Shown one piece after another: positions 13,357-24,242 of a stretch of DNA of 64,000 nt. The stretch lies in NCBI RefSeq assembly GCF_009914755.1, contig NC_060925.1; one strand, 5' to 3'. The notes beneath the pieces were generated by a model. It had not been told where the DNA came from. It saw only the letters and a list, made by a program, of their open reading frames with translations, and did no database searches. Made by a program: the position numbers and the translations under genes. Every line of letters starts with the position of its first letter. Position 1 is the first letter of the stretch. The DNA is from the human T2T-CHM13v2.0 reference genome, Homo sapiens.

Positions 13357-13944
13357 TTATCTGTAAGTCTTGTCTGGTTTTAGGACAGGTAAAATGGGGG
13401 AATGGTAAGGAGGATTTATAGGCTTTAAAAGGCCATGCTGTAACAGGCGAGTGATAGCAGGCTTTAATCCTTTCAAAGTATGCTGTGGGATGCGATACTG
13501 GCATTGAGTGGGGTAAGAGTGATTAGGTTTTAATGGGATGGTAAGGGGTGCATGGTCGGTCACTAAGGAGGGAGTAGAGCTATCTTATACTTGTGGGTTA
13601 AGGTGGGAAAATACAAGGGGAGGATGTGAAGGAGGCTTTGAACTGGGGGAAAAGGTGGCAATGAGGTGTGGCTGTAGCCCAGGAATAGTCAGGGAAGCAG
13701 ATAATTTAGTTAAAGTGCCTCGGCCTAATAAGGGAACTGGGCAGGTGAGGATAACTAAAAAGGAGTGCTTAAAAGAGTATTGTCTAAGTTGGCACCAGAG
13801 TTGGGGAGTTTTAAGAGGTTTAGAAGCCTGGCCGTCAATACCCACAACAGTTATGGAGGCAAGGGAAACAGGCCCTTGAAAAGAAGGTAATGTGGAGTGG
13901 GTAGCCTCCGTATTGATTAAGAAGGGGACGGACTTACTTTCCAC
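13357..13944 (-). pseudogene. HERV-H protease and N-terminal RT remnants
   Basis: FLINTEATHS (catalytic DTG decayed to NTE), PVPLLGR; PYHSPILPVLKPDKTYR in the next ORF; interrupted by stops. Confidence 0.9.
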
Positions 13945-14124
13945 TGTGAGAGTTACTCAAAGCTCGGCGTCCGTGATGGTCTAGGGGGCTTCCGAGGCGA
14001 TCGGGCAGTGTCAGTCTTCAGCCGCTAAGCTGAGAAGATCTGGGAAGGAGTCAGTCAGGGCGCCTTGGGCCAGAGTTCCAGGGGCTCTGGGAGTGGCTGC
14101 CAGGTGAGTTGAACAGTCTGATTT

Positions 14125-14361
14125 TCAGTGGGGTCCTACACAGATGGGATATGGCTTAGGAGGAATCCTGAGCTGCGGGCATTCCTTGGCCCAGTGGCCA
14201 GATTTCCGGCGCTTATAGCAAGCTCCTGGGGGAGGAGGTTCTGGAGGAATGCATGGCCGCTGCGGTTCAGGCGTTTGGAAGTTCTTGTGTGCTGGAGATG
14301 TGGCTGGGGTTTGTCTCACAGTGGAGGCAAGGAATTGCAGCTTTTTTCTATTATTGTACAC
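14125..14361 (-). pseudogene. HERV-H gag nucleocapsid remnant
   Basis: CYKRRKSGHWAKEC is a CX2CX4HX4C knuckle with the second Cys replaced by Arg. Confidence 0.85.
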
Positions 14362-15201
14362 CTGGAAGGTGGGTTAATTAAGTCCTGTTGTGGGGTTTGA
14401 GGGCCGGAATTTAATTTTTGGAGCTTTATTTAAAGTCAGGAGCAGATTGGGTAATAAAATGTATATTGAGAATAAGATGGCCTTTTGACCTTTTAGGGTC
14501 TAGGGCTGTAAAGTGTCTCAGGGTTGCTGCCAAACGAGCCGTGAACTGGGCTGGGTTTTTATATTTGATGAAAAAGAGCCTAAACGCTAACTGATTTTGG
14601 GATAAAGAAAAAGGAGCATTAACCTTGACTATGCCTTTAGCTCCAGCCACTTTTTAAAAGGAAATTGCTGGGCAGGTGGGGGAAGGCTAGTTGAGGAACG
14701 AAACTGTAAGCTGGACCGGGTGTGAGGAGGGGAGGTGATAAAAGGATTATAGGGTGGAGGAGTGGAGGCTTGCCACTAAGGGTGAAGGACCAAGGCAGGC
14801 ATCCCTGCGTGGTCTGACACCTCTGAAACATGGGTGAATAATCAGAGACGTGTCCCTGCAATGATTAAACACCAAGGGAAGGCTGCCTTCCCAGTCTGTC
14901 ACCAGCGCTGGAGTTTTGGGTCCACGGATAAAATGTGTCTCCTTTGTCTCTACCAGAAAATGAAACGAATTGAAATTAAGAGAAGGGAGAGATTGAAGTG
15001 TGGCACCAAGATTAAAAGGAGAAAGAGGTTGAGGGATAGTGAGGGAGGTTGGAGAAGAGAGTAAAAAGAGGCCGCATACCGGATTTGAAATTGGTGAGAT
15101 GTTGCGCTGGTGGGTCTGAGGATCTGAGGTCGTAGGTGGATCTTTCTCATGGAGCAAAGAGCAGGAGGACAGGAGATTGATCTCCCAAGGGAGGTCCCCT
15201 G

Positions 15202-15219
15202 ATCCGAGTCATAGCATCA
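15202..15219 (-). promoter_or_regulatory. primer-binding site, tRNA-His type, degenerate
   Basis: Minus strand TGATGCTATGACTCGGAT versus canonical TGGTGCCGTGACTCGGAT (3 mismatches), 2 nt from the 5' LTR. Confidence 0.9.
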
Positions 15220-15221
15220 AA

Positions 15222-15632
15222 TTCCATGTGCATCCGTTTGAAGAGACCACCAAACAGGCTTTGTGTGAGCAACAAAGCTTTTAATCACCTGGGTGCAGGC
15301 AGGCTGAGTCCAAAAAGAGAGTCAGCAAAGGGAGATAAGGGTGGGGTCGTTGTATAGGATTTGGGTAGATAAAGGAAAATTACAGTCAAAGGGGGATTGT
15401 TCTCTGGCGGGCAGAGTGGGGGTCACAAGGTGCTCAGTGGGGGAGCTTTTGAGCCAGGATGAGCCAGGAGAAGGAATTTCACAAGACAATGTCATCAGTT
15501 AAGGCAGGAACAGGCCATTTTCACTTATTTTGTGGTGGAATGTCATCTGTTAAGGCAGGAACCGGCCATCTGGATGTGTACGTGCAGGTGACAGGGGATA
15601 TGATGGCTTAGCTTGGGCTCAGAGGCCTGACA
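15222..15632 (-). repeat. HERV-H 5' LTR (LTR7-type), 411 bp
   Basis: Direct-repeat copy of 10291-10643; minus strand starts tgtcaggcctctgagcccaag. Confidence 0.95.
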
Positions 15633-16162
15633 CCCTGTTCAGTTGATGGACATTTAGGTTGGTTCCACATTTTTGTAATTGCAATTGCAAAATATGGAAC
15701 TACACATATTTTTCCTATAATGACTTCTTTTCCTTTGGGTAGATACACAGTAGTGGGATTGCTGAATCAAATAGTACTTCTATTTCTAGTTCTTTAAGGA
15801 ATCTCCATACTGTTTTCCACTGTGGTTGTATTAGTTTACATTCCCATGATCTAGTTGTTCCTTTGTGTCTGTTAACAAACCTCTCTATTGTCTCCTCCCC
15901 CAACCTTCCAAGACTCTAATAATCACAATTCTACCCTCTACTTCTGTAAGTTAATTTTTTTAGCTCCCATATATTAGAAAGAACATATAGCATTTATCTT
16001 TTAGTGCTTGACTAGTTTCATTTAATATAACGTCCTCCAGGCTCATCCATGTTGCTGTGAACGACAAGATTTCATTTTTTGTGTGTGCCAGCATAGTATT
16101 CCATTGTGTATAAACATCACATTTTCTCTATTGATTTATGTGCTGATGGACACATAGGTTGA

Positions 16163-16411
<249 letters not shown>

Positions 16412-18403
16412 AATTTTTAGTTTTTTGAGGAACCTCTAAACTGTTTTTTGTAGTGCTTGCACCAATTTACATACTTATGAAGTGTGCAGGGGTTTCTTTT
16501 TCTCCACATCCTCACCAGCATTTGTTATTGCCTGACGGTTGGATAAAAGCAATTCTAACCGGGATGAGATGGTATCTCATTGCTGTTTTAACTTGTATTT
16601 CTCAGATAATTGATGATGTTGAGCAACTTTTCATACACCATTTTGCCATTTGTATGTCTTCTTTGTAGAAAATTTTTTCAGAACTTTTTCCCATTTTTAA
16701 ATTGGATTATTAGACTTTTTCCTATAGAGTTGTTTGAGCCCCTTATAAATTCTGGTTACTAATCCCTTGTCAGATGAATAGTTTTAAAATATTTTCTCTC
16801 ATTCTATGGATTGTCTCTTTACTTTGTTGATTGTTTCCTTTGTTCTGCAAATGCTTTTTATCTTAATTTGATCCCATTTGTGCACCTTTGCTTTGACTGC
16901 CTGTGCCTGCAGTGAATTGCTCAAGAAATCTTTGCCCAGTCCAATGTCCTGGAGAGTTTCCCCAATGTTTTCTGTTAGTAGTTTCATAATTTGAGGTCTT
17001 AAAGTCTTTAAATCATTTTGATTTTTTTATAAGCCAAGAAATAGGTGTCTGGTTTCATTCTTCTGCATAAGAACATACAGTTTTCCTGGCACCATTTATT
17101 GAGGAGACTGTCTTTTCCCCTATGTATGTTCTTGGCATCTTTATGAAAAATGAACTTCCTGTATGGATTTGTTTCTTGTTTCTCTCTTCCACTCATTAGT
17201 CTGTGTGTTTGTTTCCTGGTTCTCTCTCCTGTTCTATTAGTCTATGTGTTTGTTTTTATGTCAGTATCATGCTGTGTTGGTTACTATAGCTCCTTAGTAT
17301 AATTTTAAGTCAGGCAATGTGATTCCTTGAGTTTTGTTCTATTTGCTCAGGATTGCTTTGGGTATTCTGGGTCTTTTAAGATTCCATGTACATTTTAGCA
17401 TTTTTTAAAATTTTTGTGAAGAATGTTGTTATTTTGATAGGGGTAATATTGAATCTGTAGATTGCTTTGTGTAGTGTAGACATTTTAACAATATTGATTA
17501 TTCAAATCTATCAACAAGAAATATGTTTTCTTTCTTGTGTGTCCTTTTCAATTTGTTGCATCAATGTCTTACTGTTTTCATTGTGGAAGGATATCAATTT
17601 TAATTTAGATGTTGGCCAGTTGTACATAAATTCCAAAGGGAAGAGAATATAAGGAGGCATTTTCAACCTCCACTGGCTTTCCATTATGGACTGAACTATA
17701 TTTTCTACTTTAGGTTGGAATGCCCTTAGCAGAGAGGGAGTTTCATCAGTCAGTTGGTGGCTTAGGGGTTCTATAAGTAAAGATCAAGAGATTAGGTAAT
17801 TGTCCAATTTGCAGCAAAGGTAGTTTTGCTGAGGTTTAACACAGAGTTTTTTCTAGATCATAACATCTCAATAACATTTATGCTTTTCTCTTGCAATCCT
17901 TCTGAATAATGAGTTTGTCAAGGCTTTCTTCATTTTCTTACTACTGTGAGTGGTGAAAAGCCATGAATCTGAGAGATATTACATTTATCTGTGTTAGTAT
18001 TTCCAGATGTACAAAACCAGTGTCCAAATGTACACTTTAATTTGGCCAAATTCATTTAACATTGAGACGATGTTCTGAGCTCCTCCTGGGACTCTGGTGA
18101 TGTGTAGAGGTTTAGGATTGTATTCCTAAAAGACTTGCTAGGAATGTTGTAGTAATTGCAACATACTTATATAAACGTAAACCTGATGACTGTAGTTGCA
18201 CAATAGAATTCCTACTGAAGTCTTTACATGAAGAAACACTGATGTTTCTGTCAGTCCTTTGAAAAATTGGTTGATCTACATTTGATCACTTTATATGACA
18301 AAAGCTGTTGTTAAATGGCGTGATCCTATATCTAGTATATGAACATAGTGAGTATTCTTATTATTTATTAATATTATGATCATCATGCCTTTTCTTGACT
18401 CTA

Positions 18404-18689
18404 TTTTTTTTTTCTTTTTTTGAGACAGGATCTCTGTTGCTTAGGCTGGAGTGCAGGGTACAATCTTGGTTCACTGCGGCCTCAACCTCCCTCACTCAAG
18501 CGATCCTCCTGCCTCAGCCACTCAAGTAGCTGGGATCACAGGAGTGCACCATCACACACAGATAATTTTTGTATTTTTTATAGAGATAAGGTTTGTCAGG
18601 GCTTGTCTTGAACTCGTGGACTCAAGGGACTGGCCTGCCTTGGCCCCCCACAGTGCCTGGATTACAGGTGTGAGCCACTGCAGCTGGCC
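18404..18689 (-). mobile_element. AluJ
   Basis: poly-T then gagacaggatctct...ctcaagcgatcctcctgcctcagcc...gtgagccactgcagctggcc. Confidence 0.9.
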
Positions 18690-21002
18690 CCTTGCCTCTA
18701 TTTGACGCTTTCTGCTCACTCCTTTGCATTCTTTTTAAATTCTATTCAGGAAGATATAATGAATTACAGTTGAAAGCAAAACTATCTAAAGTTGCTGACA
18801 TAACTCATCTAGTTTACAAGTTTAGTGAAAAATCACTCAAACTAGTCCATAAAATTGAATGGTTCATTCAATGTGAAAAACAAACACACAGGTAAACTGT
18901 GGCCATGAGCTGGAATAAAGCAATGAATCAACAGGCCAAGTGCCACCCCCATTCCTATTATTTCTGAGACTGTGAGTTAAGGCAGGTTAAGGTGGCCAGA
19001 ATAAAATAGGTAGTTTTCTTTCTGGGAACCGTCAATTAAAATTTAAAAAATCATTTATTGACTGTATGTAGTCTCTGAGCAGCGTAATCAGGGGAGTGCA
19101 TCGAAGAAGACTTAGTCATCTAAGATTGAACCTGAAAAGGAAAATTATAATTTGAAAGTAAGACAAAGAAATATAATATACAGCATAAAAAGTAGAATAT
19201 TGTAAATATTCTAAGACATTTTTAAGATGGGTTACATGGTGTGTATATATCTATGATTTAAATACCATGTTAAAAACCAGATTAAAATCTTATTCACTGT
19301 TCAATACCTTGCATCAGATCATGAAGTGAGAAATGTCAGACTCAGTCATAATTTGTTGAGTGATTAAATAAATAAATGAATATATGAGTAGATGAGTAAT
19401 TTCATGAGTAAATTAAAATTCTGATCAATTAATTTTCTTCTTTAAGTTCTACAAGATAGAAAAAAATTGTCTTCTATATTGTTTCACAGAAGACTATATG
19501 TATTATGTATTTATTTTCTATTAAGGAAAATGCAGTCTATTTAGTGGCCATGTGGAGAACATTCATTCAATCATTCCACTTGGTCAAAATCACTACTTTA
19601 GGGTTTTTTTAAGAGAAAGATAAAAATATTATCTATATGGACAAATTTGTTTACCTAGAGTATTTAAGTTGTAAATGAATGTGGGAAATGAAATTTTCAA
19701 ATATATAATTTGATCATTTTGTTAATTTGAGGTAAGAATTGTAATTTATAAGGAAATACCTACCATACTACATGAGCAATAAGTTGAAGAATTTTCTTCA
19801 CAGTACCTACCATTTTAATTGTATGATAGTTTTGGAAATGTTTATATATAGTAAATTTTTAAGACCTGTATCACCATCATGTTTGATGGTTAAGATTATT
19901 GAGAATAATTTAGAGAGCTAGTAAGTGGTTTAGGCAAGAAGCAAACCCTGTTTTTTAGTCCACAATTTTCTACTCTTGGAAGTATGTTATGTTGCCACAT
20001 AGAAAGTCAAGTTTAAGGCCCCTATTATTATTGTACTGCAGTCTAGATCTTCCTTTAAATCCTTTAATATTTGTTTTACATATTTAGGTGCTCTGATGTT
20101 AGGTGCATAAACATTTACAATTGTTATATCTTATTGACGAATTGACCCTTTAATCAACAAAATAAAGTTTAAACCAGAGTTTATATCATAAATAACAAAA
20201 TAGAAGAAATAAAATATTTCAAATGTTTAAAGACTTCAACTTGTGGTAATGTGTAGCATTTTACCAACTTTAATATATTTACAGAGATTTAAGGTTGTGC
20301 TAGCAGAAGTCCATTTTCAGAAGACTTCAAACATCTACATATAAAAGCACAGAAATATAAGTACTTCTTACCAGGTCGAGTGATCTATTTTGACAAAACT
20401 AATGTAATTTGTTTAGATCAATTATTTAAAAAACAAACTGTTTACTGATGGTGAATGACTACAACATTCATAAAACTTTGAAGTGCAAACTCTATTTCTT
20501 TATTTTGATTATCAATAAATATTGCTCCTATGGAGAAAAATAGCTAGGTTGCTTAAATCTGGGATATAAGAATTATACATGTAGAGTAAAATTATAATTT
20601 ATTCAAAATACAGGCACAAATGTTTGTATATATGCAAATAGCAACACAATATTCAATCTTAATAAATGTTACTGAATTCCATATACTAGGCTTTCTTCTC
20701 TAATCATGGATTTCCATACACTGGGTGTGCTCAGTCTACACCTCTTCTTTCAATGGGGGCCGGTTGTAGTAACTTTCCTAGTCATAACAACTCTTTAGCT
20801 CTTAAATGAAAGGAATATAAGGTTATTTTCTATAAATGCAGAGATTTATAAGCAGTATAGTTATAGTGGTAATGTTTCAATAAAACAAATTGTGGCTTCA
20901 TTCGAAAGTGTTCCAGTTAAAACTTAAAAAAATACTTGCAGAGTATCAAAACTTTAAGGTATACTAATTGATATTACAAGGGATTCCCTTGTAATTTTAT
21001 GT

Positions 21003-21085
21003 ATCTATCTATCTGTCTATCTATCTATCATCTATCTGTCTATCTATTATCTGTCTAACAATCAATCGATTGATATATCTATCAG
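21003..21085. repeat. imperfect (TCTA/TCTG)n tetranucleotide microsatellite
   Basis: atctatctatctgtctatctatctatcatctatctgtctatcta... Confidence 0.9.
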
Positions 21086-21789
21086 CATAAGTCTTCAGAT
21101 TTGCCAATTCAGACTTTTACTAGCAAGAAGAAAAATCTTTAGAATAATAAAATTTTAGACTAAAAATTAATCAAATTTTAAAAGCATTATTTGTTGTCAT
21201 AATCTTAGTTCTCTCAGGGTTAGATTATTATGTCAACCAGTGTTTTAAGTTTTATTCTAGCTTCATAATTCAGTCTCTCAAACTAATGTGTGGAGAAGTC
21301 AAGTCAGAGTAGCAAAAGTGCAAATTATTATTTGGTTTGGAAATACCAAGTTTAGTATAATTTATTAAATCAACTCAACAGATACACAGTGTGCTTCTCT
21401 TTACATAAAGCAAACAGAAAACCTTAGTTTGGAATGAGAGTGACAATATGTGTTATATTTTCATAGCAGTTTGCTGGCTTCCAAGCACTTCCACTTAACT
21501 AATCAACTCCCGTTCTTCCCTCAGCCACACACACCCTTTCTCATCCAGCATATTACCTTGTGAGTTTTTGTCAAAGCACTTAAAACTTTCTGGAATATTT
21601 TATTCTTTCTCACATGTTTAACAGTTCAGTGTCAGTCTTTTCTAATAAAATTTAAATTTCATGAGATTTAGGCACTTATTCTGTTTCATTTATTCACAAA
21701 ACTCCTGTGATAGCAGCATTAGGTGTATATATTGATTGAACAATCAGTGAATCAAGGACTACGTCACTGAATGAGCCCATATTGTTTAA

Positions 21790-21910
21790 ATTGATCACAG
21801 TAGTACACACCATGATTCTGCTTTTACAGATGGAGGGAATTTTCCTTGGGTGAAGAATGTTGCCAACTTTACATGGCTGGTAAGTGGGAGTGATACAGCC
21901 CAAGCCTCCT
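21790..21910. mobile_element. MIR fragment
   Basis: ttttacagatggagggaa...gttgccaactttacatggctggtaagtggga resembles the MIR core. Confidence 0.55.
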
Positions 21911-22124
21911 GTCTCCCTCTTCTACAGTGAAGGTTCTGCTGAACCTTCCATGTGATAATTTGTCCTGCTTAAAAATATTTTGGACACATACTGTATTTAC
22001 CTAATACAATAATACATGAAACTTATAGATGGTAAAATTCTAATTGGATCATCAACATAAAAGTATAAGGAAAAATTATCATTAGCTCATCATCATGAAA
22101 ATATGAAGCCATTCTTTTTTCCCC

Positions 22125-22275
22125 CTTTTTTTAAAAATTAGCCTTTATTTTAAGTGCAGAGGTACATGTGCAGGTTTGTTATATAGGTAAACTTGTGTCA
22201 CGGGTGTTTGTTGTACAGATTATTTCATCACCCAGGTATTAATCCTAGTAGCCACTAGTTATTTTTCCTGATCCT
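22125..22275 (-). mobile_element. short L1PA/PB 3'-end fragment
   Basis: ttttaagtgcagaggtacatgtgcaggtttgttatataggtaaacttgtgtca...tttttcctgatcct. Confidence 0.85.
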
Positions 22276-23265
22276 GTTATTTGAAAACTGACAGAGTCAT
22301 TCAACTGGGCACAGTCTCCAAGTTATCTGCTGAATGCAACTGGTACAGAATAAGCACACGAGGTGGATGACTGTGGTGAAAGAGTAGCTGTTCAATCTGG
22401 ACAGGTTTTTGCTTCCTGTGAAAAGGGAATAAAATACTAACTTTCAGGATTATTGAGAGTCTTAAATTGATATGTGAATTTTATCTAGAACATGTCTGGT
22501 AGTAGTATGTGCCCTCAAAATATTCCTACATACCAATAACAATATCGATGTTTCTGAAAATAATAACAAGAGACAGTTAAGGAACATTCATGATGTCCTA
22601 GACAATTTCCTAAGGATTTTATAAATCTTATCTCATCCTGATGAAGCACTATGACAGAAAGAACATTTTTTAGAGTTCTATAAAGGAATGGAGACTAAGC
22701 CTGTAACTAAAATGCCCATTTCACACTATGATGGAGACCAGTATTTTGAAGTAGCTAACTAAAAATCAAAGCTAGGATTTTAATCACTACAAATTATTGT
22801 GTATTTCCCCTCTATCTAAAGAACCTCAAGAAACTATCCAGAACATAGATTTGTTCATTCAATTCTTAAGCATATAAAGACAATATCTTCATGATGTGGG
22901 TGAACAGTTTTGTTCTCTGTATCAGAATCTGTATTGATAAATAATTAGCGATAAGTATATTTGAGTGAAATAACTTATTATTAAAATATTTATTTAATAT
23001 CAAATATAAGTAAATAACTTTATCTGACCCATGGAGGACACTAAGTTGCATAAAATTTAATTTTGAACAACTTCTAAACAACAGAAACAACAACAAAGCA
23101 TCTGCCCAATTTGAATATAAAGAATATTATGTAGGTTCATAGAGGACCACTTGAGTTGCCTTCAAAAATGTAAGGACCAACAATGTAGATTACAACTAGA
23201 AAGGGATCAAGACTACGATATTTAAGAACCATCTTTCCATCATTTGATTCTTCGTGAGTGTTCAG

Positions 23266-23281
23266 GATTTCTGTTTCCCAG
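23266..23281 (+). promoter_or_regulatory. probable splice acceptor for the OR14C36 coding exon
   Basis: atttctgtttcccAG|gtcc, 22 nt upstream of the ATG; ORs typically have non-coding 5' exons. Confidence 0.65.
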
Positions 23282-23303
23282 GTCCAAGCTTCATCATCCA
23301 CCG

Positions 23304-24242
23304 ATGCCCAATTCAACCACCGTGATGGAATTTCTCCTCATGAGGTTTTCTGATGTGTGGACACTACAGATTTTACATTCTGCATCCTTCTTTATGTTGT
23401 ATTTGGTAACTCTAATGGGAAACATCCTCATTGTGACCGTCACCACCTGTGACAGCAGCCTTCACATGCCCATGTACTTCTTCCTCAGGAATCTGTCTAT
23501 CTTGGATGCCTGCTACATTTCTGTTACAGTCCCTACCTCATGTGTCAATTCCCTACTGGACAGCACCACCATTTCTAAGGCGGGATGTGTAGCTCAGGTC
23601 TTCCTCGTGGTTTTTTTTGTATATGTGGAGCTTCTGTTTCTCACCATTATGGCTCATGACCGCTATGTGGCTGTCTGCCAGCCACTTCACTACCCTGTGA
23701 TCGTGAACTCTCGAATCTGCATCCGGATGACACTGGCCTCCCTACTCAGTGGTCTTGTCTATGCAGGCATGCACACTGGCAGCACATTCCAGCTGCCCTT
23801 CTGTCGGTCCAACGTTATTCATCAATTCTTCTGTGACATCCCCTCTCTGCTGAAGCTCTCTTGCTCTGACACCTTCAGCAATGAGGTCATGATTGTTGTC
23901 TCTGCTCTGGGGGTAGGTGGCGGCTGTTTCATCTTTATCATCAGGTCTTACATTCACATCTTTTCGACCGTGCTCGGGTTTCCAAGAGGAGCAGACAGAA
24001 CAAAGGCCTTTTCCACCTGCATCCCTCACATCCTGGTGGTGTCAGTCTTCCTCAGTTCATGCTCTTCTGTGTACCTCAGGCCACCTGCGATACCTGCAGC
24101 CACCCAGGATCTGATCCTTTCTGGTTTTTATTCCATAATGCCTCCCCTCTTTAACCCTATTATTTACAGTCTTAGAAATAAGCAAATAAAGGTGGCCATC
24201 AAGAAAATCATGAAGAGAATTTTTTATTCAGAAAATGTGTAA
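23304..24242 (+). CDS. OR14C36: olfactory receptor 14C36, 312 aa, intact
   Basis: MPNSTTVMEF start with N-glycosylation site, GN, LHMPMYFFL, MAHDRYVAVCQPLHY, FFCDIP, KAFSTCIPH, PLFNPIIYSLRN. The ORF-track TTG start at 23244 lies upstream of the acceptor. Confidence 0.95.
   Translation: MPNSTTVMEFLLMRFSDVWTLQILHSASFFMLYLVTLMGNILIVTVTTCDSSLHMPMYFFLRNLSILDACYISVTVPTSCVNSLLDSTTISKAGCVAQVFLVVFFVYVELLFLTIMAHDRYVAVCQPLHYPVIVNSRICIRMTLASLLSGLVYAGMHTGSTFQLPFCRSNVIHQFFCDIPSLLKLSCSDTFSNEVMIVVSALGVGGGCFIFIIRSYIHIFSTVLGFPRGADRTKAFSTCIPHILVVSVFLSSCSSVYLRPPAIPAATQDLILSGFYSIMPPLFNPIIYSLRNKQIKVAIKKIMKRIFYSENV

Larger units (their letters stand above)
10291..15632 (-). mobile_element. HERV-H provirus, 5342 bp, env-deleted, with two LTR7-type LTRs
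   Basis: Paired LTRs; degenerate tRNA-His primer-binding site; gag zinc-knuckle, protease, RT and integrase remnants in minus ORFs; polypurine tract; 5-bp target-site duplication cactg (10286-10290) / ccctg (15633-15637) with one mismatch. Confidence 0.97.

Noticed and set aside
11091-15157. HERV-H ORFs as functional retroviral proteins
   Set aside because: Fragmented by stops and frameshifts; protease DTG is NTE, the zinc knuckle is broken and env is absent
15202-15219. tRNA-His-like sequence as a tRNA gene
   Set aside because: Only the 18-nt complement of the tRNA 3' end is present; it is the retroviral primer-binding site
23244-23303. N-terminal extensions of OR14C36 (TTG start) and OR2T6 (GTG start at 60559)
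   Set aside because: Non-ATG starts lie upstream of clear splice acceptors; the ATGs give normal OR lengths with N-glycosylation sites
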